From Callorhinchus milii (taxonomy: Eukaryota): a stretch of 64,000 nucleotides of DNA. This document shows, in pieces, positions 33,996 to 46,025 of the stretch. Both the position numbers and the translations under genes were made by a program. The notes beneath the pieces were generated by a model. It made no database searches. It was given only the letters and a program-made list of their open reading frames with translations, and was not told where the DNA came from. Positions within the stretch are counted from its first letter, which is position 1, and the number at the start of each line of letters is the position of its first letter. The DNA lies in assembly GCF_018977255.1 (NCBI RefSeq), contig NW_024704743.1, forward strand, positions 12,960,001-13,024,000. The letters are read 5' to 3'.

Positions 33996-36529
33996 ACAGT
34001 AATAATCCTTGCATTTGATGTAGCCATTTATTAGTCATTGAGTCGTCTCAAAGTGGTTCACAGGACAAACTGTAAGGTGTAGTGTCTGTGTAATTTGTGG
34101 GTGAAACATGTGCACAGCAATGTCCTACAAACAGCCATGACTTTACAGTGCATTCTGTGAAGTACTTTGAGATGTTGTCCCAGTGTGAAAGTGCTATATC
34201 AAATGTAAGAATTGTAATTATATGTAGCCATCAGTATAGGATCGTTTCCAATGGTTTCAAGAACTGGAGGAGACTAGTATGAAATGAATAAGCCTCTAGC
34301 AAGACAGGAGATTAGAAAAAGCAATTGCCACAGATTATCAGATACAAAAAACACTCCCAGCAAAAGCAGTTGAAATCATGTTGATTAGCTTCTTTACAAG
34401 ACTGGGAACATATTGGTTAAGATCAGGATTGATAGCTATAACAGATGTATTGACATATTGTGATAAATCCTTATCAAAACCCAATACTTCCTGTTATCCT
34501 GGAAATAACATCAGCAAATCCGTAAGATTGAGCATTGAAATGAGAGGTTAAAATGGTAAAACACTCTGGAACATATTTTGGTCTTAAACAATCCAAGCTG
34601 TCTGAGTGTATACAATTTCCTGTCTCCCTTCTGAAACTTGAGAGATTCCTATCCATAGAAAACTCTTATAAATAATAATCTTTGAATTGTATATATGCCT
34701 AATAATAATCCCTCCAAAAAAACACAATAATAAATTGGTCATTTCAATATACAGTCAATTCACTTTACTATTCTGTGAAGCACTTTGAGACATCTAGAAG
34801 ACGTGAAAAGCGCTTTATCAAATGCAAGGATTATTATTATTATTATTATTACTGTATATGCTGATCTTATCACGTCATCAAGATGTCTCACAGCCCTTTA
34901 CAGGATATACTATGAAGCATATATGTAAACAAAAGCAATAGGCAATTTGAGTTCCGTAATGTCCCACAAACAGCCATGAAATGAATGACCTATTTTATCT
35001 GGGGAATTTTTGGCCAGGACAGCGAGAGAAATTTCCTTCCCTTTTTAAATAGTGCTATTGGGATATATAACATCCATGTTTGCCTGTAAAATACACAATC
35101 ACTACACCTTATAGGAAAATCCTGCAAAATGGTTTGAAATAGTTCAATGACATGATAGATATGAAATGCATATTTTATTTATGCTTTATTGTTAGTAAAT
35201 GCTAAGTTGTGTATGTTATGTAGCAAATAATTAATGGCACAAAGGAAACGAAAGAGCAGTTAGAGACTATTAAAGGGTCATTGATATATGAAGCACAATC
35301 TCAATGTCATAAAGAGTCAATCATTACTTTTTTATAGCTGTAGTTAAAACGTTCTTAGAAGTTGCAAGCATTGACTTATGCATGAAGGATCAAGTAAAGG
35401 AGATTATATACAAGGACGGAATTATGTAACAACATCAAGTCAAATCAATAACTTATGCTACAATGAACTGTTTAAATAACAGTTCGGGAACAAATACAAA
35501 GTTCAAGGCCCAAGTTCAGATTGATTTGGTCTGATATTTTAACTATTTTGTACTTTTCAGATTTGAAGATGCTTTAATAAATTAGAGATAGGCAGAGAAA
35601 TTGTGCCATTCATTATTTGCTACATAACATACATAACTTATCATTTACAGAGAAATTGCACCCAGCTCCAAGAATGTATTATTTTGTTACCAATCAGATT
35701 GTGCTGAATTTGGCAAATTCTTAATTGCAACCTTCATTTTCAAGTCGATAGGTTTTCTTAAAAACAAAAAAGGTTCTTTTAAAATCTACAGAAAAATCAA
35801 CTTCAAAATTAACAATCATTATATTTATTTAGCACCTCTGATGTCAGGAGGATGTGACTGAATTAAGATTGAATTCAAGAATTTGTAAAATTCTGCACTT
35901 CTGAAATGCTAAAAAAAATGTGTTGGGAAAAGGCCCAGGTAGAATTTTCACTGTGGTACAACAACAACAGCAACAACAAATTACATTTGTAAAGAGCCTT
36001 TCACATCAGGAGGACGTCCCAAGGCACTGAAAACAGTCACAATGTTTCAAGCCATTCCAGTTCATCCACAGAATACAGTCACTGCACTTTACAATGTATC
36101 CTGGACATGAAAGGTGCTATACCAAATTATTATTATCCATTTAACTTGTCATCCTTGGTATAATCCTTGTGAACCTACACAATAGCATTTCTATGACCTT
36201 AACGTCATTTATGTAATGGAGTGACAACACTTCATGTAGTACTGGTTAATCAATTTAATATAAATGTAATATTACTCTCTTACAATGTATTCAATGGCCC
36301 CACATAAGAAACCCAGAATCCTATTTACCTTCTTTGGACCTTTTCTCTACCAGCACCTTTAAAGATCCCTGCATCTGCTTCCCAAGATTTTGCCGTTTAT
36401 CAACATAGAATCTTACATATTAACTATTTTTTCAATCCAACTGTTACCGTTGTATATTGCCCCGGTCAGACCTCATATACTGTGTGCAGTATGGGGCACT
36501 GCACGTTAGAAACGATGTACTGGTCTTGA

Positions 36530-37660
36530 AGACTATGTAGTGCAGATTCACCAGAAAGATACCTGCATTAAAAGTTGCAGTTATGAGGAGAGAATGGTGG
36601 AAACTGGGGCTGTACTTTCTTAAACAGAGAAGGTTGAATGGTGATCTAATCTGGATCTTTATTAAAGGGGATTGCCAGAGTGACACATTCCTGTGGTTGC
36701 AAAATCCAAAACAAGAGGAAATAGTCTAAAAATCAGAGCTAGACAAGCTTGTAGTGAAATCAAAAACAGTTTCTTTACACCATTGTGTAAAGAAACTGCC
36801 CTCTCCCCATCCCTCAGAGGATTGAATTCAACAACAAGATTACATTTGTATAGCGCCTTTCATGTTGGAAGGACGTCCCAAGGCGCTAGATAGTGTACAG
36901 CATTTCAGACCCGAGCTGGAGTCAGGGAAGGAGAAGGGAGGGGAGGGGAAGAGTGGTGGCCGATGGCATGGTCGAAGAGGAGGTTTTGAGACAGGACTTG
37001 AAGGAGGCTTAGGAGGGGGCGAGGCGGAGGGATTGGGGAGATTGGGGGCAGAGTGGCTGAAGGCTCTCCTGCCAATAGTGGATCCATTGCCCTCTCCTAC
37101 CTCTCTGACCTGCTGACTCCCTACCAACCTGCCCGCTCCCTCCGTTCAGCAGGCTCCGGCCTACTCCATGTCTTCCGCCCGACACGCCGAGCTTTCAGCC
37201 TCTCTGCCCCCACACTCTGGAACTCCATCCCACAGTCCCTTTGCCTCACTTCCTCCCTTGCCTCCTTCAAGGCCAGTCTCAAGATCCTCCTCTTCGAATG
37301 TGCCTTCAGTCACTCTCCCACCTCTCTGCCTTCCCTCAGTCCGAACCCACCCCTCCCACATGCTCGGGTCCTGACCGCTGACTGTCCAGCAGCTTGGGGC
37401 ATCCTCCCGACGTGAAAGGTGCTCTATAAATGTAATTTTGTTGTTGTTGTTGTGGAACTGTGGAATTCACCTCCAACAAAGCACTGATAAATGTTGAATC
37501 GGTGGGAATGTTTAAGAGGGGAATGGTAAATAAGTATTAGGGTAATGGAGAAAAAGCAGGCTGTGAGTTACAGATCAGATATCATCTCATAAGATTGTGG
37601 ATCTAAGAGGATGGTGGAGCAGGCTTGACGGGCCGAATAGTCTACTGTATTCCTATGTTT
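36530..37660. mobile_element. Nested cluster: CR1 (+) interrupted by L2 (+), itself interrupted by L2 (-)
   Basis: CR1 at 36530-36785 resumes at about 37453; L2(+) at 36796-36830 resumes 37088-37452; L2(-) at 36829-37080 has a (CAA)n tail. Confidence 0.75.
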
Positions 37661-38805
37661 CTATCTACAGCAACGAGTCTCCCATTAATTCTCAGTCTTA
37701 ACCATCTTTAAAGGTTTCCTTTATCAAATTGACTTCTGAAAATCCAAATAAATTATATATATATATTATATATTCAGGCTTCCCCAAGTATTATCTCGTC
37801 TCAACCTCTAAAACCCCTCTAAAAAAAATAAAAATCGGGCGCTTAATCCACCGCTGTTTGTAGGACACTTTTGTGCGCAATTGGTGGCTGAGTTTTTTCC
37901 ACAAAATACAGTCAAGTCACTGTACACTATATTCTGTGAAGTGCTTTGAGGTGTCTCGAAGTCATGATAAGGTGCTATATCAGATGCAAGGATTATTATT
38001 GTTATTAAATATTTACTTGTACACATAGTTTTCCTTAAAGGGATTAATTAATCTAACATGCGCTTTTTTCTGGGAGCCTAGTCCACATACTTATTGTATT
38101 GTGGAACAAATCTGTTCTCTTGAGGCTTGTCAACTTTAAACATCTGACCTTTAGATCTGTAATTACAGGCTAAATGACTGTTTCCATATTTTATTAATGG
38201 CTTTTCATTCTGTGAATGTGAAGGAAAATGTGCTCTTTTTATACAGTATGTAGGAAAAATCTGATCATGACTGGGAAATCACTGTTCTATTTATAATACT
38301 GAAAATTACAGAGCAAAGTCAGAGTAGGTCCTCAATTCTGTCATGATCTAAACAAGCTAGTCAACTTCTGCAGTCATTTTTAATTCATATTTCAAGTATT
38401 CAGATATTATTATTTATAATATTTATAATTATTTATAATAATAATAATCCTTACATTTGAAATAGTGCCATGTCATGTCTTCAAGACATCTCAAAGCACT
38501 TCACAGAATATACTGTAAAGTGAATTGACTGTATATTATAGCTAATAATTAAAAATCTTCTTTAATTCTTCTGGGAAACTACTCTGCGTAAGGCGCGCTA
38601 TGTAATTGAAAGTTGTTGTTGTTATAACAGAAGTCACAATGGAGTCACTGGGAACGAGGATTCTTCCAACTTAACTCATGTTAACCCCACAAGCCAAAGT
38701 CCCAACAGGTAGAATGGTCCTATCTTGACAAGCAGCAGACAATATTCTTGCCAGACAATATTGACAATGCTAAGTTGCATGAACTTAGCTGGTTAAACTA
38801 CAATT

Positions 38806-38990
38806 GTGGAGTTCCATAGCACAGTGGTTAGCGCGCTAGCCTTGCAATCAAGAGAACCCGGGTTCGATTCCTGGCCGGGGGAGCAAAACCTTAGACAAGT
38901 TTCTTTACTCCACACACCTCTGCTTGCCAGCAGTGAGTAGGAACCCAGTTGTTAGTCGATTGGCAGATCGCTTTCCAGGTGTAATAATTT
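38806..38990 (+). mobile_element. 5' half of the longer tRNA-headed SINE subfamily
   Basis: A box tagcacagtgg, B box ggttcgattcc, and an extra segment cagtgagtaggaacccagttgttagtcgattggcagatcgc that is absent from young copies. Confidence 0.8.
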
Positions 38991-39104
38991 GATATTCCTA
39001 AGCATGGTGATGGGTTTTTGCATCAGTTACCCAACTGACCGCCCCAAAAATGGTGACAATGCTATGAATACAAAAGTGATATTAGCATTCATTGCTGATA
39101 GCAT

Positions 39105-40033
39105 ACTGTCAAAAGAGACATTTTTCCAAGAACCACTACTTAGGCGTTTGATAAAGTGCCAAATAAGAGACTTGTAAGCAAAATAGAAGCCCATGGCAGC
39201 AGACTGCAAGAGGACATAGACAGACTGGTAAAATGGGCAGACATGTGGCAGATGAAGTTTAAAGTGATGCATTTTGGGAGGAAGAATGAGGAGAGGCCAT
39301 ATAAGCTGTTGGTACAATTGTAAAGGGGGGGAGGAACAGAGTGACCTGGGGGTTCATATAGGTAAATCTTTGAAGGTGGCAGGACAAGTAGTTAAAAGCT
39401 GCTAAAAAAGCATACAAGATACTTTATAAATAGGGGCATAGAATACACAAGTCAGGAAGTTATGATGAACCTTTATAAAACACTGGTTAGGCCTCAGTTA
39501 GAGTACTGTGTTCAGTTCAGGGAACCACACTTTAGGAAGGATGTCAAGGCATTGGAGAGGGTGCAAAGGAGATTTACCAGGATGGTACCAGGATTGAGGG
39601 ATTACAGTTGTCAGGAGAGGATAGAGAAACTAGGATTATTCTTTGGAGCAGAGAAGGTTAAGAGGAGATTTTATAAAAGTTTTCAAAATTATGAGGGGAT
39701 TTGATAGGGTGAACAAGGAGAAACTATTTTCACTGACAGGTAGGTCGGTAACCCAAGGACATCCGATTTAAAATAGTTGTTAGAACAGAGGGGAAGTGAG
39801 GAGAAATTTTTTCACACACCGAGTTGTTCGGATCTGGAATGCATTGCCTGAAAGGGTGGTGGAAGCCAATTCGATAGAGAAGTAGATAATTATTTGGGGA
39901 GGACAAGTTTGCAGGGCTATGGGGAGAGAGTGGGGGAGCGGGATTGAATTGGATAGCTCTTTTCAAAGAGCCGGCACAGACACTATGGGCCGAATGGCCT
40001 CCTTCTGTGCTGTAATGATTCTATGATTCTATG
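39105..40033 (+). mobile_element. CR1 LINE 3' portion with intact tail
   Basis: LYKTLVRPQLEYCVQF...KDVKALERVQRRFTRMVPGL; ends gggccgaatggcctccttctgtgctgtaa plus (ATTCTATG)n. Confidence 0.92.
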
Positions 40034-40597
40034 AATTGTGGAAAACTCTTAGATTCTTAGTCTCAATTTGAAAAACTGATGTTTTTAATAACTGTGTAAA
40101 ACTGGCTTCCCAACTAAATCTGAATCTAAGAATTTTCCACAATTCTACACCATCTTAAATTTTAAGGCAAAATGGTCTCATAGGCTGGGTGGAATTATCT
40201 TAAAGACAATTTCAAATTTCTCAATTCACCAGATAATAGCCTTCCTTTTCATTCCTTTTCTTCACATATCCCCTGTTTGATAAAACCCTTATCTCCTTCC
40301 ATTTGCTGCAGGAGTCATCATTAAAGAGACAATATTTGCTGGGCTGCAAAACTTTTGTCGCTGGTTCTACAATGGGGACAAATTCCCATTAGGTTGCAGT
40401 TGCTTCAATAAATATTTAACACTGTGCTACTTCATTATTTGAATGGACCAGGACACAAAATGGATCCCTTACCTCAACATTGAAAGCCTTTTCATCAAAG
40501 CATGTCTTCCAAAATTGGTTCCCACTGGTTATTTTTTGCATCCCATATTATTTTCTTAAACATCTTATTAAAAAGCTCATGCTAGTGGGATTATGCA

Positions 40598-41450
40598 ACA
40601 ATAACTTGCATTTATATAGTGCCCTTCATGGTGAGGGGGAAGGGGGAGGTGACCATACACACAATCAAAAAGCAACGTCTTTTGGCGGGATTTGAAGGTG
40701 GGGAATTGAGGGGACAAGGTGGAGGGATTAAGGGAGAGAGTTCCAAAGTTTTGGGGCGTAGTGGCTGAAGACACGGCCACCGATGGTCGATCGAAGAGCA
40801 CAAGAGACAAATAGGAGGCCAGAGCCAACTGAGCAGAGGCAGCAGGGATAAGCAGGTCGGATAGGTAGGGAGGTGCGAGGGAATGAAGGGATTTGAAAAA
40901 AAGCGAGAGGGTCTTGAAATAGATCTGTTCGGTGATTGGGAATCAGTGGAGCCTGGCAAGGACTGGTGTGATGGGGGGGTATAGAGTTTTGTGCCGGTGA
41001 GTATCCATGTGGCAAAGTTTTGAACTTATTCCATTTTATGTAAGATGGAGCCGGAGAGACCAGTAAGGAGGGCATTGGAATAATCCAGCTGGGAAGTGAT
41101 GAAGGAGTGGATAAGGGTTTCAGCTGCGTCGGTTGTGAGGTACGGAGGGAGATGGACAAAGTGGCGGGGGTGGAAAAACGCGGTGCTGGTCAGGGAACCG
41201 ATGTGGGGTAGAAAGTAAAGCTGGGGATCGAACCTGACACTTAAGTTCCACACAGGTTTGGAGAATCTGAGGGAGAGACCAGGGAGGTTGAGGAGTTCAG
41301 ACCCGCAAGAGAGAAGATACTGACAGGAGCCAAAGAGTATAGCTACATCTTGCAAACATTCAGCTGCAAGAAATTTGCGCTCATCTAGGCCTTGATGTCC
41401 ATCAAACAAGCTGACTGGACATCAGCGGGCTGGGGGTCGAAGCTGCATGA
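40598..41450 (-). mobile_element. L2 LINE 3' fragment
   Basis: AETLIHSFITSQLDYSNALLTGL and GGRVFSHYAPKLWNSLP are L2 ORF2 C-terminal motifs. Confidence 0.9.
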
Positions 41451-41610
41451 CATGTGCTTTGCTGGCTTCGTTTCCACTGCCATTTTTCCTGTGAGCCCTT
41501 TATCAACTGCACAGGGTTACTTCTTGGAACCGTTGTCATATTGGCAAATGCTGCTGTGGCAGAGGAGGGTAGATCAACTTCAGAATTCACATAGCATGTG
41601 AGATGTACTA

Positions 41611-41949
41611 GTGGAGTCCTGTAGCTCAGTGGTTAGAGCACTCGCTTTGCAAGTGAGAGAGCTGAGTTCAATTCCAGGCAGGTCAGGGCGAAACCTTGGG
41701 CAAGTTTCCTTACTCCACACAGAGCCTAATAATAATCCCTCCAAAAAAACAAAACAATAATAAATCGGTCATTTTCAATCTCCGACTGTTTGTGGGACAT
41801 TGCTGTGCGCAATTGGCTGCCGCGTTCGCCCACAAATATACAGTCAATTCACTTTACAGTGTGTTCTGTGAAGCGCTTTGGGACGTCCTCCTGACGTGAA
41901 AAGCGCTATATCAAATGCAAGGATTATTATTATTATTATTATTATTATT
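41611..41949 (+). mobile_element. Full-length young tRNA(Ala)-headed SINE
   Basis: gtggagtcctgtagctcagtggttagagcactcgctttgcaagtgag head, L2-like 3' stem-loop, (ATT)n tail. Confidence 0.95.
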
Positions 41950-44357
41950 TGCAGTGGATATCATCATCCCAGGCAGTGAGATCATCCCATAAAGTGAGCT
42001 GCTTTTAGGCACAACAGGAGAGCAGCACAAAAGGCATCTGAGACTCACTGGAGCCTGTGACTGAGGTGTGTCAGGGAGAAGGCATTATTAGGACTGCACT
42101 GTCAGAGACAGTGAAGATCAGCATTCTTTTAGATGTCTGCCATTATACTGTTGCAGTGTCTTTCACATATGGTAATATCATGAAGCACTTTATAAGGGAC
42201 AATGTAGGTCACAGTGCAAAGAATGGGTGTCGGCGGGTTTGAGGATGTTGACCGAAGGCAAAATGAAAGAAGAGTTTTTTTAAGAGGATGTTTAAGGCAG
42301 GGAGAGAGGACATAGACCTCATGCCGATGTGCTTGGAGGGGCATGTCCCTGACCACTATGGTATGGTCCCATTCGTAGAATAAACTGCATGGAAAAGATG
42401 TGTGTCTCCAAGTGAATAAATCACATGATTTCAGCATTTCAGTTTTGACTGTGCATTCACTCACATGCGGGCAAGTCAAAATACATTACTGCTAACAGCA
42501 GTTTACATTGAATTTCCACCGAAATCTAACACAATGGTGAGCATAGTTATTCTCTGAATAATTTATATACTGCTTGATTAATATTTCACTTTCTTCCTAC
42601 TGGGCCTCCCTTTACAAACTCTTCTTAATCCCTCAATTAATAACCTTATACAATAGTCTTACTATTGGAGCCTGAAGAAAAGATTGTCAAAAACCAAAGA
42701 TTGTAAACCTTCCTGCTCCATTCCTGTAGTTTAAACCAGTTTGAGAGAATATATACTGAAACAAACTTGTCAATATTTCCAATAAAGATCCAGAACAGAC
42801 TTTTATAAGTGTCTGTCTGCAATTGACTTCCTCAGTGGAATACGTTATTTCCCATAACTACTAATTAATGGGTTCTCCAGCCCACACCCTCTTTCCTCAG
42901 TATCAATGAACAATTGAATATGCTGTCCATAGCCACCCATCTTTATTATAGGCCTTACATTGTTTATTCACTATGCAGCATGTTGACTTTTGCACTGGTT
43001 AGTTGGAGTCATTGTGTCAGAAGGGTAATCACCTTTCTTTCCATTATTACTTTTGACTCATCCGCAAGTGTTGATCAGTATTTTCCAACAGACTCAAATT
43101 TGCACTCGATGAACGGGACAGAACTTGCCAAGGGGAAAGTTGAAAAAGACCTGGTGGTGTTAGTTGACTTAGCACTCATCATGTCAAAACACTGTGAGGT
43201 GGAGACAGACAAGGCAAACAGGATGCTGGGCTTTTACTCCCAACTTCAAATTCATTGGCTTCTCTTCTCATTGTTGTTCATGGGGCATTGCTGGAACAGA
43301 TTACACAGAGTGAAATAACATTATGCCCAACTAGTCCGTGTGTGTGTTTATACCATGCATGACACCCACCCTTCCTAATCCTTTCTCCTATTCCCTTCTT
43401 CCTCATGTATGTATCAAGATTAGTTTATTCCTCCCACATCAAAGTTACAAAAACAGATTCATTGCTCATTCCTATTTGTAGCAGATTAGCTGCCATATTT
43501 CGCAATGCAATAGTCACTACTCTTCAAAATAACAAACCTGTGATGTATTTTAACTCAAAACACACATAAGGACAATCTCTTGACTTGGAAATGAACAAAA
43601 CCGTTAATACAAACTGGGATTGGGTTTATAGTCCTCAGGTTTGTTTCAAATGCAATCGTTATTTTTTACAGAAGAAACACAAACATCAAAAACACCAATG
43701 TATATCTATATTGTTTAGCCCCTTTAGAATCTTAAAGGCAGCAATCATGTCACATTAGTTCATACAAGTGTGAATATCACCTTTAATTGATTAAATTCCC
43801 TACGAGAGAACCAGCCAGCACAATCTCACAAGATGTTGAAGCTTGTTTTTTCATTCCTGCTAAATGATAGTCCTGATCTGAAGAATTCTCATGTGAGTTT
43901 CTTATTTGTAGATCAATTAAGTAATCCCTCAGAATTACAAGATATTAGCATTCACTGGAAATCTTACACCAGTTTATGTTACCAGATCTGTTGATTGGGT
44001 AATCAGAAAGTTGCTTCTAATTTTTTAGAAGTTTTGATTGCACTTTGAGTGGAAGGCAAACAGTTTCTATTAAATGAGCCATATCAATTTATGAATATAA
44101 CTGGCTCCTATTAACTCTGCAAGACCCTAATGGGTAGGGTGTCTTAGCTGGAAAAGAAGCAGGAATCTTTGCAGTATTCACAAAGGATGGTTTTAGCTGG
44201 TTAAATTCCAGCAGTGCCCCAATGTATCCTCTGGACCAACCCGCGTCTAAATTTTCTATGTTTAGACCAGCAGAGAGTGCCTCCCTACTAGGAGAGAGTA
44301 CGCACTCTGTACCAGACAAACATAACATTTCTATACATACATAGAACTCTCTGTCAT

Positions 44358-44560
44358 TTGGGCAGATTGGGTGATCGCTTTGCCGAACACCTCCGTTCCG
44401 TCCACAAGTGCAACCCTGAGCTTTTGGTCGCTTGCCAGTTTAATTCTCCTTCCCACTCCCACTCTGACCTCTCCTTCTATGGCCTCCTATGCAGTTCCAA
44501 CAAAGCACAACACAAGCTTGAGGAACAGCATTTCGTCTACCTCCTAGACACCTTAAAGCC
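44358..44560 (+). mobile_element. Penelope-like element GIY-YIG endonuclease remnant
   Basis: RLGDRFAEHLRSV...VACQFNSPSHSHSDL...KLEEQHFVYLLDTLKP matches the C-terminal GIY-YIG region of vertebrate PLE ORFs. Confidence 0.8.
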
Positions 44561-44924
44561 CACTGCGAATAGTGAACCTATGGGATAAGCTCCCTAGGGA
44601 GACGTTGAAGCAGGAAGTGTTGATTCTTTCAAGCACAGATTTCATTATTTTGTGAAATAACAGTATAGGGTATAGTATATAGGCAGTTTGGGACATATGT
44701 GCATGGGACCACCAGGAAGGTGGAAAGCAAACTAGATGGATCTTGATTTTGTTTGTCTAGTATTTCTTATGTTCTTAGTACCCTGTACAGTTAAGGGTGG
44801 GGATTGGAATCAAGAAGGGTGGAGGGTATGGGAGTGTGGAGGTTTGGCCGAAGGCATGGTCAAAGAGGCAGGCCTTGAGATGGGCTTTGAAGGAGGTGAG
44901 GGAAGGGGCAAGGCATAATATTCT

Positions 44925-45481
44925 TGGAGTCCTGTAGCTCAGTGATTAGAGCACTCAACTCACAAGCGAAAGACCTGGGTTCGATTCTTGGCAGGGTGAA
45001 AGCTTGGGCAAGTTTCCTTACTCCACACGCCTGATAATAATCCCTCAAGATTCATAGATTCATAGATTTTCATAAGAATGTTACGGCACAGAAAGAGGCC
45101 ATTTGGCCCATCGAGTTTGTGCCGGTTCTTTGACAGAGCAAGTCACTTTCACTAACCCCAATCACCAGCTTTCTCCCCATAACCCTGCAAACCCATCTTC
45201 CCCAGATACCTATCCAGTTCTCTCTTAAAAGCTGTTATCGAATCGGACTTCACTACCCTTTCAGGCAGATCATTCCAAATTCGAACAACAAGATAAATAA
45301 CAATAATTGGTCACTTCAGTCCACGACTGTTTTTGGGACACTGCTGTGTGCAATTGGCTGCCGTATTTCACCCCCAAATATACAGTCAATTCAATGTACA
45401 GTTATTCTGTGAGGTGCTTTGAAATGTCTTGAAGACGTGAAAATGCTATATCAAATGCAAGGATTATTATTATTATTATTA
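44925..45481 (+). mobile_element. tRNA-headed SINE interrupted by an antisense CR1 3' end (45048-45290)
   Basis: SINE stops at aataatccctc and resumes at aataattggtcacttc; the insert is the reverse complement of a CR1 tail ((catagatt)n, ggccatttggccc). Confidence 0.85.
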
Positions 45482-45729
45482 CCCTGAAATACTACTTAAA
45501 AGATTGAAATGGCTACTTGCCACATACCTTTGTTTGCTGGAGAAAGAAAATGCCAGCTAGTCTTTTACAATTCTGGGGAGAGCAAGAATTGGAGCAAAGT
45601 GGACAGGTTCCCTCTGTCACAGTTTCCCCCTGTTTACTGTTTTGATAAATCTTCCAACCAGACCACTACGTTATCCCAGCAGATTTCAATTGGCATGTGA
45701 GATGTTGCATTTGAGGGTCTAACTGCTCA

Positions 45730-46025
45730 GTGGGCACTGGCCTACTTCATGTCCCCAGTCCTGCCTACCGCACAGCAGTACTCGGGCTTTCAGCCTGTCT
45801 ACTCCCAGTCTCTAAAACTCCATCCTGGAGTGTCTTTGTCTTGTCCCTTCCCTCGCCTCCTTCAAGGCCCATCTCAAGACCTGCTTCTTTGACCATGCCT
45901 TCGGCCAAACCTCCACACTCCCATACACTCCACCCTTCTTGATTCCAATTCCCACCCTTAACTGTCCAGCGCTTTGGATGTCCTTCTGACTTGAAAGGTA
46001 AGTGTAATTTGTTGTTTGCTGTTGT
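45730..46025 (+). mobile_element. L2 3' fragment
   Basis: cctccttcaaggcccatctcaagacc...agcgctttggatgtccttctgacttgaaagg tail. Confidence 0.75.

Noticed and set aside
41613..41690. Apparent tRNA-Ala genes (also at 33310-33388, 57081 and 60164)
   Set aside because: Each continues into the same ~250-bp body and (ATT)n tail, so they are SINE heads.
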